A DNA stretch of 64,000 nt from Epiperipatus broadwayi (GCA_028023455.1 JAQFVV010000006.1:7688001-7752000); one strand, 5' to 3'; counted from the stretch's first letter, positions 12,460 through 25,624 are shown. The notes: generated by a model not told the origin, from the sequence alone. Program-made: numbers and translations.

Positions 12460-13030
12460 CACTAACAAATCATATGACCATCATTTCTTATACTTACCCA
12501 ATCTATTAAAACAGTAGATATTCTCCCCATACAATAGTGCCACTTGGTGTAAGCCACAGTAATCAATGGATTCTAGAAGGTTTGTGTATCAATATCCCTA
12601 CCTAGTGCCTCCTTATCCAATATCATCAGACCATTCTCGCTTATGGCTTTCACCAGTAAGAAGCATTGGATATAAGATCAATGCATCCCTCCAGCAGCCA
12701 CCTTTTATTTTTTTTAGTTAACTATAAAGTTATGAGCCTAAACTGAGAGTACAATAATGTTTTCACTCCAAGGCTAATTTGCTTATATGGCCATACAGAT
12801 TTCAACCTAGTTTAGTACCATATTTTGGTCTGTTTGGTTTTCTAATAACAATTGTTTAAGTGAATTGCTCTCAAATCCAAGGCTTCTCACTGATGAAAGC
12901 TATATGTTAGAAACTAGTCTGGGGATATTGGATAAGTAGACACTAGATAGGGATTTTGATGCACAAACATTTTAATATGTATTGATTACTATGGCTTACA
13001 CTAATGGCATTAGAGAGTTGCTTCTGATTT
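12460..13030. mobile_element. Diverged fold-back of HHR-bearing family B
   Basis: Minus copy ~12460-12780, plus copy ~12865-13030; HHR motif TTCTCA-CTGATGA-AAGCTATATGTTA-GAAAC-TA-GTC-TGGGGA at 12884-12925. Confidence 0.75.
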
Positions 13031-13255
13031 AAATTTGAAATGCTTCCCTCTCCTAAACCTTAAATAATTAAATATTTAGACCAGAGTAAGAATTTTAGCA
13101 GTTTGTATGGTTACAACAATTAAAAATACTGCAAAGGAACCCTTATCATCATGTTAATAAGTTATAATTAACCTACAATGGCCACAAGCAGTATATCATT
13201 CTGTACAAAATTTTCATATGCCTTAATTTTCTGGAATTTTATGAATTAAGCAGCT

Positions 13256-13370
13256 GTGATGAAGACTGCTGGACAGTCAAAACTGTAAGGAAAATAAAGG
13301 TCGAAACTGTAAGGAAAATAAAGAAGTTTTTTAAGAAAATTTGTTTGCATTGAAGTGGATATGAAAGAAA
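13256..13370 (+). mobile_element. Family A hammerhead/pLTR fragment with ~24-bp tandem duplication
   Basis: GTGATGAAGACTGCTGGACAGTCAAAACTGTAAGGAAAATAAAG-GTCGAAACTGTAAGGAAAATAAAG. Confidence 0.65.
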
Positions 13371-13685
13371 TATTATAAGGTATCCATCTCAGTAGCTTTG
13401 TATGTGTACTTGTATTTTGCAAAAAAAAAAAAAATTAGTATGCATTTTGTAAATATGGTAAAAGTATTTATGTTTCTTGTTTTGGGTCAGTAGTATTTTA
13501 TATTACTAGTAGTCTAAAAGTGAATAAATTTATTTCTCCATTTTTTTGCAATCTATGGTTATATTTTTCTACTTTTTTAACATATATTTTTTTCAAAATA
13601 AATACATACAAATGTACACACTTATCACACTTTCAACTACTTAGTAGTCAAATTCATAGTGATAGTTGTATGAGAAGCTTGTGAT

Positions 13686-13889
13686 ATTTATTAATGAATA
13701 ACAAGCTAGGGAATTCGCATGCAATTTGAATGACAGATGTAAATAAGTTCATTTAAATGAGGCACTTTTTGAAGGGGGGGGGTGCAGAATTCTTTTTTTA
13801 TTGTGTATCTGTTTTTGGCAATGAACTTATTTACACCCATCATTTAAATTGTATTGCAAATCCCCTATCTTGTTTATTCTTTAATAAAT
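13686..13889. repeat. Diverged inverted repeat (MITE-like or old fold-back)
   Basis: Arms ~13686-13753 and ~13820-13889, e.g. GATGTAAATAAGTTCATT / AATGAACTTATTTACACC. Confidence 0.65.
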
Positions 13890-14162
13890 GCTACACGTTC
13901 TTCAGACAATTATTGCTATGAATATGTCTATCAGGTAGCTGAAAGCATGCTAAGCATACAATGCTATTAGGATTAAACAAAGCATTTCTCTATATACATT
14001 TGTATACATTTATTTTTTAATTACATTTTCTGAGAGAAAGTTTATTAAAAGTTTTGAAGTTATAATACTTTTTATAAGTAATGCTTAGAATTATTTTTGT
14101 TTTATTTACTTTACAGATGCTCATTGAAGCAATGATGTTATTAAAAATGTAGTTGTTGCAAA

Positions 14163-14260
14163 ATGGTGGTAGAGAGGTCAGCGACAGCTGCTTTACAAGC
14201 AGTTGTGCTGGGTTAGCAGATTTGCTTCCCAGCTGATGCTATGACACATGAGAAAAAATA
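14163..14260 (+). mobile_element. tRNA-Gly-derived SINE S1
   Basis: TGGTGGTAGAGAGGTCAGCGACAGCTGCTTTACAAGCAG...GCTTCCCAGCTGATGCTATGACACATGAG + A-tail. Confidence 0.75.
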
Positions 14261-14752
14261 AATGTTCTAGTCTGAAATAAATTACTTGAAAACTATTTTT
14301 TATTCGTTTTACATATTTTAAAGGCCCAGTTGAAACTTCAATTATATCTTAAAATAACACTTTTATTATGGATGACATTGGATGCCAGATGAAGTGATTA
14401 CATTATAAAAAACCCGTGTAGCCACTGAAGATTAATATTCATTAATAAATTATGATGAATAAATTACGCTTAATTTTGTTCAATTAATGCTGTTAAATTT
14501 AATTTTCCTTTAATTGTTCATCCTTTTAAGCAACAAGTTCTAAAATATTTTTCAAACATTTATTCTTTGTCTTGTTATAAATGGATATATGTATTTGAAT
14601 AACGGTTCAAATGTTTAAATTTGAAGATGTCAAGAACCAAATGTTTTGATTAATGGAAGTCAACCTATAAAATACAATTTACTATAATTTTTTCCATCAA
14701 CTTTTAAATTTGATGATTTGTTGCATACAGCAAATGAAATGAATAACAAACA

Positions 14753-14848
14753 GTCAAGCATTGGTGGCCATGTGGTCAGCACAGCTGCCTTACAAGCAGT
14801 TATCCTGGGTTCGCTTCTCGGCGATGCTTTGACACATGAAAAAAAACA
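14753..14848 (+). mobile_element. tRNA-Gly-derived SINE S1, short subtype
   Basis: GTCAA-GCATTGGTGGCCATGTGGTCAGCACAGCTGCCTTACAAGCAGTTATCCTGGGTTCGCTTCTCGGCGATGC-TTTGACACATG-A-tail. Confidence 0.8.
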
Positions 14849-15113
14849 AAACAGCCTTTTATTTTTCTTCCACAAAAATCCATTCCCTAATGACTCAAAT
14901 AAGAGTTTTGAAATAGGAGTTAAATCTTTGATTTCAAATACAAACTAGTTTCAAAAGCAAATTTCTTCATTTAATTCTTAAAAAAAGAAATCTATCTCTA
15001 TCCCAGAAAATTACACTATACTTATACTTTTAAAAAATACATATATATATAGCCATGAACAATTTTTTAAGAATTGTAAAAAAACAAACAAAATATTTAT
15101 CAAACTATATATA

Positions 15114-15513
15114 ATTACGATAGAATGACAGCCTGTTAAGCTAATTGCGCAGACGCTGTGAGAATGTTATTAATAAATGAATACCTTTGAACAACCACAT
15201 GATATAGTATTTATGTAAGAGTAAAAAGGAATCCTCTTACCCTTACGACTCAAATGTTTATATATGAGCAAATCTAAAGTAGTTGTAATGAAGGCCTCGT
15301 TACAACTACTTTAGATTTGCTCATATATAAACATTTGAGTCGTAAGGGTAAGAGGATTCCTTTTTTACTCTTACATGAATACTATATCATGTGGTTGTTC
15401 GAAGGTATTCATTTATTAATAACATTCTCACAGCGTCTGCGCAATTAGCTTAACAGGCTGTCATTCTATCGTAATTATAATCGCACGCAAGACGTTATAA
15501 AATAAATGCTTAT
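15114..15513. mobile_element. Young fold-back insertion with 14-bp TSD, family unidentified
   Basis: Arms ~15110-15291 and ~15297-15479 nearly identical, loop about 5 nt, unpaired tail 15480-15513 containing AATAAA, TSD TCAAACTATATATA at 15100-15113 and 15514-15527. Confidence 0.85.
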
Positions 15514-15709
15514 TCAAACTATATATATTAAAACAAAATATGTTTTAACATTTTCTGTACTAAATCATATAAAACGGTTCTTGCTGAAGATTCACCAATA
15601 ATATACTTATATGGCAATTATAAATGAAACAATAAAATAAAAATTCAACATATAATTAAACACATAGACAGAAAGTTTTTACCCAAGTAACTATAAAACT
15701 ATTGTCTTG

Positions 15710-15819
15710 GTCATTAGCCGAGAAGTCAGTGCAGCTGTCTTGCAAGAAAGCAATTGCTTGCAGACAGTTGTCGCGGGTTTGCCTCCCGGCCGATGCTTTG
15801 ACATAAGGAAGAAAAAAAA
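15710..15819 (+). mobile_element. tRNA-Gly-derived SINE S1, long subtype
   Basis: TAGCCGAGAAGTCAGTGCAGCTGTCTTGCAAG...GCGGGTTTGCCTCCCGGCCGATGCTTTGACATAAGG + A-tail. Confidence 0.8.
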
Positions 15820-17749
15820 GAATATATATATATTGTTAGACTCATTAAATACATAGATATATATCTTACATATACATATAAAAAATCGCTATTTGAATAA
15901 ATAGTTTGCTGTAAGACAAAAATATATTCAAAAGCATCTTATAGAGAGATAGTGAAGAAGAAGACTATCTATCAGATAGGAATATTGTCAGATAGTGAGG
16001 TGTTTGAATGGCCATCCATTTTTGCTTCACCCTCTACTTTGGAATTGCTTAACATTACCTATTAATTTAACATTGTGTTATAGATAGATGGATTTTCTGT
16101 GGACCAGATTGGTGAGTGGAAAAAAAAAAACTCTTTAAAAAAAATCATTTGGTTTAGACTCTAATCCTGTTAGGCATAGCATATTAGACAGATGTGTGAT
16201 CTCAGTAATATTAGACCTTTACACATGCATCAATATATGCATCTGCTTTTAAATTGCCCTTCACCATAGACATGATTTGAATTATAGATCATAGGCAAAA
16301 CAGATGGTTATACCATCTCTCCATCATGAGACTTTTACACATGTAAACCAGAATTCAAACTTGATCATAGATATGTCAGACAGATATATTGCCTCTAAAC
16401 CATGAAGCCCTTATACCTTAATTATTGCCTTAAAACTTTATCTGAAATCAAATCCCAAATCATGGCATGTGGTTGTGCTACATCTATAACAAGAAGCCCT
16501 TACATGTATATATTCTCTTATAATTATTGCCCTTAAATTTCGATAGGGTACAAATCCCAGAGCATAAGTATTGGCAGAAGCAAGATTTTGCACTGTTCAA
16601 ATATATTTTTCTTTAATGGTCGCCTTTAAATTTGGTTTGGATTTGAACAGAAGGTCATAGATACAGCAGGCTAGTCCGCCACCCTTGCGCCATGAAGTCC
16701 CTGCGCAAGTATAAGTAAATATATTTGCCTGTAATTGTTGACTTTAACCTAAACCCAAACAATCAGTATAGGGGAACTATTGATCAAACGTTGATTACTT
16801 GCAGAAAACTGGTTAACAGAGCAATTTCAACTTCACGCACACGTATAGTTATGGATGAATGGATGTAATGCCAATATTTTTTAAAAAAGGAAAACTATGA
16901 TTAAATTACACTCGTATTGTAATAATCAACTCAACAACTTATAAATTTAAATAAATTTATTGTTAAGTTGATTCACTGAACGAATGAACTTCGTAAATTA
17001 CAGGGGCGGTATCAGCAGCGACGACAGCTGAACTATTGTTACATAATAGACATTTAAAAAAAAATGTACGGAAAAATAAATGAATCTCCGCTTCTGACTT
17101 CGCAGAATTTAATAAAGACAGCGATTGTAAATAAATAAACCTTGTCAATACCAATAACCAATAATTTCCTTGCTTCCAGTTACTCCTTTAAATCTTTAAC
17201 AATAATGATGGAAAAGGTTTATTTCAATTCAATGACATTTTTTCCTCCATCATAAAGACAACCTCTTTCAGTATAAATTATTCTCTTATTACGGAAGATA
17301 AAAATAGCTTATGGCTCAAATGACAAACCAGCAACAATGCAGTTCACTGCTTCTGATACCTGCTGGTTTCCAAGGTAACACAACTCCATCAAGATGAAAG
17401 GAGAGGGGATAACTTAGGTTAATCTAAGCTTATAATGGTTTAGATGGTTTGATTGCTTAGTTTCTTTCTTTTTTTTTAGTTCTAGTTAAAATAAATGCAA
17501 ACATTAAAACACACATTTTTTTTCTATTCTGTGCTTTAAAAGACATTTACAATTGAAACGGAAAAGAGAAAAAAAAGATTTAACTAATAATCTCTTATTC
17601 TCTTTTCTCTCTCTTTACAAGTACAATAAAAAATAAAGCGTTAAAAACGATGCATGGACATATAAAACTTCTATCCAAAGTAACAAGACAACAGGTAAAT
17701 AAATAAATAATTAAAGCTCAAAACTTCAAGCAAAGCTCCGAAATCGGAA

Positions 17750-18355
17750 TGCCAGAACTAGATTCGATCCAAGGATCTTAAGATCCGAAGTCGGACACTC
17801 TACTACTATACTAAGTCACACAGGATAAGACAACAGGTTAGTACAGCGATCAAACACCACTTGTCCATTATCGGAGAAGGAGTTTAACTGTTCGCTAATC
17901 CCAAATCTACATTTTTTTTTGATAGCATCTCGATATTCAAAGTCACAATATATACTTTGATGAGACTTTTATATTATAAAAAATGAAAAGTAACCTAATG
18001 GATTAATTGCTGGGAAGTTCGTATGAAGTCCGAACACCGGATGTGATAGAGCTGAGCGGGGATCCATGAACCGTGAGATCCAGAGTCCGTCGCTTCAGCA
18101 CTGCACTACAGGCAGAGTATTTACATCATTGACTTGTTGGGATAAAAAAAATCAGTAAAGTGCATAAAAATTATAATTGGATGTATTTTATATTTTTTTT
18201 TATGAAACATTTTCATCATTAAAAAAAAAGGTAATCAATTAATTTAATTGCACGGAAGTTCATAAAAAGTTCGAGCACTGGAAATGACAGAACAGGACCC
18301 ATAATTCACGGAAATTGAGCTCTGAAATCTGCTGCTTCACCATTACTAAACCAAA
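17750..18355 (-). mobile_element. Cluster of decayed tRNA-headed SINE-like copies (family S2)
   Basis: 17755-17815 reads GTCCGACTTCGGATC..AAGAT...GGATCGAATC (tRNA-Arg-TCG-like). 18001-18115 and 18241-18350 share the core GGACTTCATACGAACTTCCCAGCAATTAA, also seen at 24585-24690 (+) and 34020-34140 (-). Confidence 0.5.
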
Positions 18356-18980
18356 CAAGGCATGAAGGAGTAAAAAATCATTAACTGCATAAAATAATGT
18401 ATTTTATTTACATAAATGAAACAGTTTTAAATAAACCATAGGAGAGCAAAGACCCGATAATTGCGACTGATAAAAGATTAGTGAACAAAAAGGTATTATT
18501 CAACTAACTTGACTACTCTCGGGTAATGTTTTAGCAAAAAAAATCCAGAATATCTGGCTTGCAAGGTCTAGTTATCTCAACAAAAAAAAAAAGCTAAGTT
18601 TGATCACGAAATGGAAAAAAAAGCTCCGTTTATCTATCTTAGATATGTTCTTGGGCTCACTGGCTAAGAAAATTATTGGAAATATATGACTGAGCTGTAT
18701 CTCATACTATCACCCTAACATACTTAAACTGAGATGCTCCCATTTAATTAGTCATTCTAATTTATTCATTACAATTGCTGCCTCTCTTCTAAAGTATAAT
18801 TATCATCTTCCATTCTCCTGGGTTTTTTTTTTTTTTATAAAATCCTCAAAAACATGCTTCTGTTTCTAAGTGGTTACTGTAAAAAATAATGGTATGGTCA
18901 ATTTGTTCAGAAGGTTATGCGATATTCGAGCATCCAAATAGTACTTGAATATAACAATTCCAATTGACCAAACTAAGGTG

Positions 18981-19006
18981 TTTATTATTATTATTATTAT
19001 TATTAT

Positions 19007-19055
<49 letters not shown>

Positions 19056-19080
19056 TAATAATAATAATAATAATAATAAT
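18981..19080. repeat. Composite (ATT)n-(AAT)n microsatellite
   Basis: Directly visible; orientation switches near 19009. Confidence 0.95.
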
Positions 19081-19652
<572 letters not shown>

Positions 19653-19689
19653 TAAAAATTATCGATCATTAATTAAAAAACTGGCAAAA

Positions 19690-20169
19690 CAAGATTATAT
19701 TCTTTTATACATGGAAAATAAACAAAATAATATTTGCAATGAACCAAATAAATTTTGGGATCTTATGAAAGACCATTTAAAAACCTACAATTCAGTAATT
19801 ACAGATATTAAACCTGATAAATTCACGACTCAACCACACTGATGGAAATTCACATAAATATCCTTTTATGGACTATTTTTTAAAAAAATGATAATATAAT
19901 AAGCATAAATAATATAAATGCTGGAGAAATCATAAATACTATTAGATATTTGAAAAATAAAAGAACTATTGCCAATGATAATGTACCAGTACTCATCTAC
20001 AAAGGTTGTATAGAATTATTAACACCTGCATTAGTATATATATATTCAACCTATTATTAAAAACATCAATATTTCCTGACTGTTGGAAATTCTCAAAAAA
20101 ATAATTCCAATTTTTAAATCAGGAAATAAATCAGATTCTACAAATTTCGGGCATATTACTCTTCTACCA
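19690..20169 (+). pseudogene. CR1/jockey-type LINE reverse transcriptase, part before the nested insertion
   Basis: DNVPVLIYKGCIELLTPAL...IFPDCWKFSK.IIPIFKSGNKSDSTNFGHITLLP (P.WK...IIPIFK.G....NYRPISLL), with frameshifts. Confidence 0.85.
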
Positions 20170-20783
20170 ATATGAAATATGGGAAGCGTACTAATAGCTC
20201 AAACAAGCTCTTATTGATAAGTGCAGTAAGAGAGATATTTAAAATGTCCATCTAGAACATTCCTATCCCCAGACCAATTGGGTTCAAGCTTTTGGCTCAC
20301 CTCAGTGAGGAGCTAGAATATTCAGACACTAGATCTAAAATATCCACTCAAAAACCCAGCACTTATTTAATAAGTAACGTTTAAGTAAAAATTCTGAAAT
20401 TTTCAGACATCTTTAATTTCAGCTATCTAACTTAAATAACCATAAAGGACAACCAAATTCACATATACCATATAGTAATAGCCTTAGCATTGCCAAGGCC
20501 TTATAATAGTCAAAAAAGCAAGTCATATATAGCATGACATTGCTTTTATAAACTTGTATTTACAAACATATAAACAAGCTCTTATTAATAAGTACAGAAA
20601 GATAAGCCTTAGCATTGCCAAGGCCTTATAATAGTCAAAAAAGCAAGTCATATATAGCATGACATTGCTTTTATAAACTTGTATTTACAAACATATAAAC
20701 AAGCTCTTATTGATAAGTACAGAAAGATATTTAAAATCTCCATCTAGAACATTCCTATCTCCAGACCAATTGTTTTCAAGCTA

Positions 20784-21398
20784 ATAAACATCCCATGACC
20801 ACCACTTCTTATGCTTGGGTATAACTGTTTTAAAACAGGCAAAACTCACTATACGTATTGTCACACACAGCAAGCTAGAGTAATCAATGGATGCCAGAAG
20901 GCTTGTGCATAAAATCCCCATCTAGTGCCTACTCATCCAATATCCCCAGACTAGTTTCTGGCTTGTGGCCTTCATCAGTGAGGAGCCTTGGATCTGAGAG
21001 CACTGTACCTAGATCTTATGATCTAATGCAATCCTCCAGCAGGCATTAAAGAACCAAAGACACCAAAATGTATGGGTGCTGAACTGAGTTCAGACCCATA
21101 TGACTATATAAGCTAATGGGCTTGGATTGAAAACATTAAAGTGTTTTCAGTTTAAGACTCATAGTTTTGTTGTTAAATGGAGATAAAAGGTGGCTGCTGG
21201 ATGGTTGCATTAGATCCTAAGATCTAGGTGCAGTGCTCTCAGATCCAAGACTCCTCACTGACAAAGGCCACAATCCAGAAACTAGTCTGGAGATATTGGA
21301 TGAGTAGGCACTAGATGAGGATTTTATACACAAGCCTTCTGGCATCCATTGATTACTATAGCTTGCTGTGTGTGGCAATATGTATAGTGAGTTTTGCC
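20784..21398. mobile_element. Family B fold-back nested in the family F element, 13-bp TSD
   Basis: Arms ~20833-21042 and ~21193-21398; TSD TGTTTTCAAGCTA at 20771-20783 and 21399-21411. Confidence 0.85.
20943..20984 (-). ncRNA. Type-I hammerhead ribozyme, family B, core intact
   Basis: TCCTCA-CTGATGA-A-GGC-CACAA-GCC-A-GAAA-C-TA-GTC-TGGGGA; stem III palindrome ACTAGT; one extra A on each side of stem II. Confidence 0.8.
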
Positions 21399-21693
21399 TG
21401 TTTTCAAGCTATTGGCTCACCTCAAAAGTTATGTATTAAATAAGTGATATTTGTGAGTGGATATTTTAGATCTAGTCTCTGAATATTCTAGCTCCTCATT
21501 GAAGTGAACCAAAAGCTCAAAAACAATTGGTCTGGGGATGGGAATGTTCTATTTAGAGGTTTTAAATGTCTTTCTCTTACTGCACTTTTGAGCTTTTGGT
21601 ATGCTCACTATATTATATATTTGTAAATACAAGCTCATAAAGGCAATGTCATGCTATATATGATTTGCTTTTTTGATCATTACTCTTCTACCA

Positions 21694-21974
21694 GTATGTG
21701 CAACATGTTTGAAAAAATAATTTATTATAGAATCATACATCAAGTGAAAAATATCTTTCCATCATCCATACATGGATTTATTCCTGAACGCTCCATAGAA
21801 ACAAATTTATTATATATTTTAGATGCTATATCACAAGCCATAAATCTCAAATATCAACTTGATGTCATTTACTTTGATCTCTCTAAAGCTTTTGATAGAG
21901 TAGATCATGGGATTCTTTTGCTGAAATCAAATGTAATGGGTTTCTTAACTAATGTAATTAGATGGACATATTAA
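21694..21974 (+). pseudogene. CR1/jockey-type LINE reverse transcriptase, part after the nested insertion
   Basis: VCNMFEKIIYYRIIHQVKNIFPSSIHGFIPERSIETNLLYILDAISQAINLKYQLDVIYFDLSKAFDRVDHGILLLK (HGF...RS..TNL and D.SKAFD.VDH motifs). Confidence 0.92.
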
Positions 21975-22009
21975 GGTCCTATATGTGAGAGGTCAGAGTA
22001 ACTTACAGC

Positions 22010-22340
22010 CAACATGGGTATGACAATAATATTGGCATCAGTGAGAGCTTTGAGTGTTCCATCCTCAGATTTTTAATGATATGAATGGCTTGAGAGTTTG
22101 AAAGTCGGAAGATTGAAACTTGTCCATTAAAGTTTGAGGATTTACTTTCTTAATATAATCTGAGCACAGATTGTTTATATGTGTGGGAGATGGTGATCTG
22201 GACAAACTGATGAGTGCTGATTTAGCAAGAAATACGCATATTGGAAATCATTTATCTTTTTCACACGTATGTTGTCATGTGATCACTCGTATAAGATAGT
22301 GGATAGTTGTAGGGAGCTTGAAAGTCTGAGTTCAAGTCCC
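22010..22340 (+). mobile_element. Family C copy with near-intact hammerhead at 22203-22244
   Basis: CAAA-CTGATGA-GTGCTG-ATT-TAGCAA-GAAA-TACGCATA-TTGG. Confidence 0.7.
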
Positions 22341-23465
22341 TTCTAATATATATACAGTATATGTTTTATATATATATTCAAATATATATGTATAGATTAC
22401 GTGAACTTATATTACATTAAGTATATCAATTTATAATTAAATCATTTATCAAAATAAAATCACAAATTCACTGCCAATGGTGTTTCCCCGTGTCTTGACA
22501 GTAAAAACACTGGTAATGAATTTATAATTTTCTTTTCGATAATGATTTAATTGTGAATTGGTATACTTAATTTATTATATTGATTAATTTAGATTTTGGC
22601 ATTCGATATTACATACATGCATGAGTCTATCAGAAACACATATAATTTAGGTAGCTATTGTTACAAATTTGGGAATCTATGATATATCTTGGGGTCAAAT
22701 GTCATTGGTTATGCTATATTTCTTTTATTTAAAATTTACATTTTTAAAAGCATTAATCAGCGTACACACCATAAAATATACATTCCGTTTAGCTGAAGCA
22801 TTTACAACTCCTAGGAAAGAAGTTTTCTCCATTAATTTATACATATCAGTTCTGTCTTTTCTTGATTAACTGCAATAATAAAGATTTTCAAGTTTCTTTA
22901 AAGCAATCAAAATTTATTATACTTATCTATTAAAAAAATCTAGAGCTTATTTTTAATTCTGTTTGAAAATTTCTTAAGATTTTTTAACCTGATTTTTTCT
23001 TTTTTTTTTAACTTGTTTGTGATTACGTTATAATCCTCATGATCGGTGTCTCAAAATCCTTTGATCCATTTATTCACGATTTTAAAATAATAAAAAAATA
23101 AAAATTATTAAAAATTAAATTTTAATTTTCTAATTCACATTGAATTGAGTTTGCAAAACTTTATAAAAAATGGTTACTGATATCCTTAAGCAAAAAAACT
23201 TATGCTTAAAAGTAACCGATTTAAAATCGTTAGAACTTTGCATTTCTATTATATTTATATATCATTATAAAATAATTAGTGTACTAAATAAACACAAACA
23301 TATTAAAAAATGTAAACAGTAATAAAATCTATTATTTTTGCTGATATCTTATAATCTGCATGTAATCTTTACATTAAACTGTATTATAGATATAACAAAT
23401 AGAATAATATGGGTATTGTCTCTCTCTATATATACACATATGGATTAAAACGTAGAATATTTTTT

Positions 23466-23556
23466 CTTCGTATGTCAAATGCGTTGACCGGGAAGCGAAC
23501 CCGGGCCAGCTGCTTGGAAAGCGGCTATGCTAACCGTTAGGCCACCAACGCTTGAC
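23466..23556 (-). mobile_element. tRNA-Gly(TCC)-derived SINE S1, least diverged copy, 13-bp TSD
   Basis: 23551-23480 reads GCGTTGGTGGCCTAACGGTTAGCATAGCCGCTTTCCAAGCAGCTGGCCCGGGTTCGCTTCCCGGTCAACGCA, then trailer TTTGACATACGAAG; TSD TAGAATATTTTTT at 23453-23465 and 23557-23569. Confidence 0.88.
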
Positions 23557-24039
23557 TAGAATATTTTTTTATTCATTTAATTTACATTTACCTCTCGTGG
23601 GTATAACGTATTAAAATTGTTGTTGCTGTTGTGTGTGTGTGAATGTTTCAAATCATTTGACATTGGCAATGAATTTTCAATAATCTTAGGGAGATGAGAG
23701 TATACCAAATAGCATAAATGTTATTTCTAATCATCATCATCATCATATACGAATAATCCTTCAAAACTATTCCACTTCAACAACTTGCTCTGTTTCGTTT
23801 TGATCCAGCAATATTTGACTAAAATTTCATTCCCTATTCGCGTGTGTGTAGATTAGAATACAGAAATTCAAGAGCAAAAGATGAGAATACAATCTTTACT
23901 TCCCTGATATGCTGTGGCTGTTTAATATTATTTTACTAAAGTGTCAACATTTCAAACTTAGGTTGGCAGTCCCTTGGTGGTAGAGGTAGCTCAATCGCTG
24001 ATGGCATCACTAAGATGCTGGTAACAAAAAAATAAACTG

Positions 24040-24450
24040 CTAAATACCTGTCTAATATTTTTCCATTTATTATATCATGCAATCTGAAGTATGGAAAGTT
24101 TGATTAAAGAAAGAGATGACTAGACGCTTTTGAGATGTGGGGGTGAAAAAAAAAACAAAGATAAAATTTACAGAGAGGAAAATTGAGAAATCAGACGTAA
24201 AAAAGTTAAATAATAAAATTATGTGTCTCATCAAAGAAAATGATTGACTTAACTCTTAAATTACGAGTAGCACCTTGAATTGGATAAGTCATATAGTGAT
24301 GAATTCCAACTTATTCAGAGAAATAGTAAATATGACAATTCCTGAGAATATCTCTTAAGTTATACAGCAGCATGTTGAATTGGGTAATCATATAGTGATA
24401 CATTCCAACTTATTCAGAGAAATAGTAAAGGGGAAGATTTCTAAGAGGCA
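24040..24450 (+). mobile_element. Decayed RTE-like LINE fragment with ~100-bp internal duplication
   Basis: GAAGTATGG...GCTTTTGAGATGTGG (E.W...AFEMW); duplicated TTGAATTGG.TAA.TCATATAGTGAT..ATTCCAACTTATTCAGAGAAATAGTAAA near 24276 and 24375. Confidence 0.55.
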
Positions 24451-24584
24451 GCGAAAAAGATCTTATTTAACTTTCATAAAATGTCAAGGGTATTCAGAGC
24501 TATGATGAGTTAAATACCTAATTGTTTTGTTCCTTCAAATTGTTTCTGTAAATCTACATCTGTAAATGTCATTCCTAGGTGACT

Positions 24585-24690
24585 GTGATTTGGTGCAGCT
24601 GGTCAGGTGACTTGGGATCGACAGGTCCCAGGATCGATTGTGGCACTTTCAGGTTTGGTACTCAAACTTCTTACGAACTCCCGAACAATA
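24585..24690 (+). mobile_element. tRNA-headed SINE family S2 copy
   Basis: GTGATTTGGTGCAGCTGG head and CAAACTTCTTACGAACTCCCGAACAAT core shared with the 18001-18350 and 34020-34140 copies. Confidence 0.5.
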
Positions 24691-25624
24691 ACACCATATG
24701 GTTTTGTTTTTTATATAATTATCAGATACAATAATTTGGTAAAGTTGTCAGGTCATTATAAAATTTAAATGGCCTTCCTGATTATTCTATGGAAGTGTGT
24801 GTTACAGCTGTATAATGATATAAATTATTACCAATATGAATAACTTATCTAAATTAAAAAGCAATTCTATCACTCATCAAGCAGAAAGGTCACTAAGATC
24901 ATAAAATATCTAAATGCATTAACAAATATGATGTCACAGCAAAGCTTCCATTCAAATGGAAAAATTCTATAAAACATGCTTATCAAAAAATAAAACACCA
25001 TAATAAATAATTTATCTTCCCAATGTCTCTCTTTTAATATGAAACCTTCTAAATTTCATATTGGATAAAATAATTAACAATTAAATATTACAACAGATAT
25101 ATCTATCTGGTGCTCACAACTATTAAACTTCCGATACTACTTAAATAATGACAGTTGAGATTTGGTCCACAGATCAGTGCTAACAATTACAGTGAACAAT
25201 CGTAAATTTGAAAATTGTATTCAACATACATATTGACATATGTTTGCAAAACAATCAAAATTTTCAAATTTTCAATAGCTTCCTCCAATACTTATCATAA
25301 ATCTTGAACTAATAATGCTTGCCATAAAATTGTTCACACCAATCACTCACTTCACTCTACATTCATTTCATCAAAAACTCCGGTACATCTGATGAGATCA
25401 AAATACCTGAACATCAATGCAAAAGTGATAGTCATACTTTTATATACTTAATTATAAGCAATTTAATTTTGAAATGTAAATGTTTAGCAATTGATCATTT
25501 ATGTATATATATATATACACAAACATATTCAACTATTTAATCATAAAAGCACCAATGTTCATATTTTATTTTAAAAATGGGAATATGTGATCGTATTTAC
25601 TAAAAAAATAGTAACTAAAGTGCA

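Larger units (their letters stand above)
20170..21678. mobile_element. Family F HHR/pLTR complex (tandem minus copies plus inverted plus copy) with 15-bp TSD, inserted in the LINE RT
   Basis: TSD ATTACTCTTCTACCA at 20155-20169 and 21679-21693. Degenerate HHRs near 20265-20312 (-) and 21491-21537 (+). Internal 125-bp tandem duplication starting at 20481 and 20606. Confidence 0.85.

Noticed and set aside
23480-23551. Functional tRNA-Gly(TCC) gene
   Set aside because: Anticodon-stem mismatch, T-loop lacks A58, no T-run terminator, and an A-tail and TSD are present; treated as a SINE copy.
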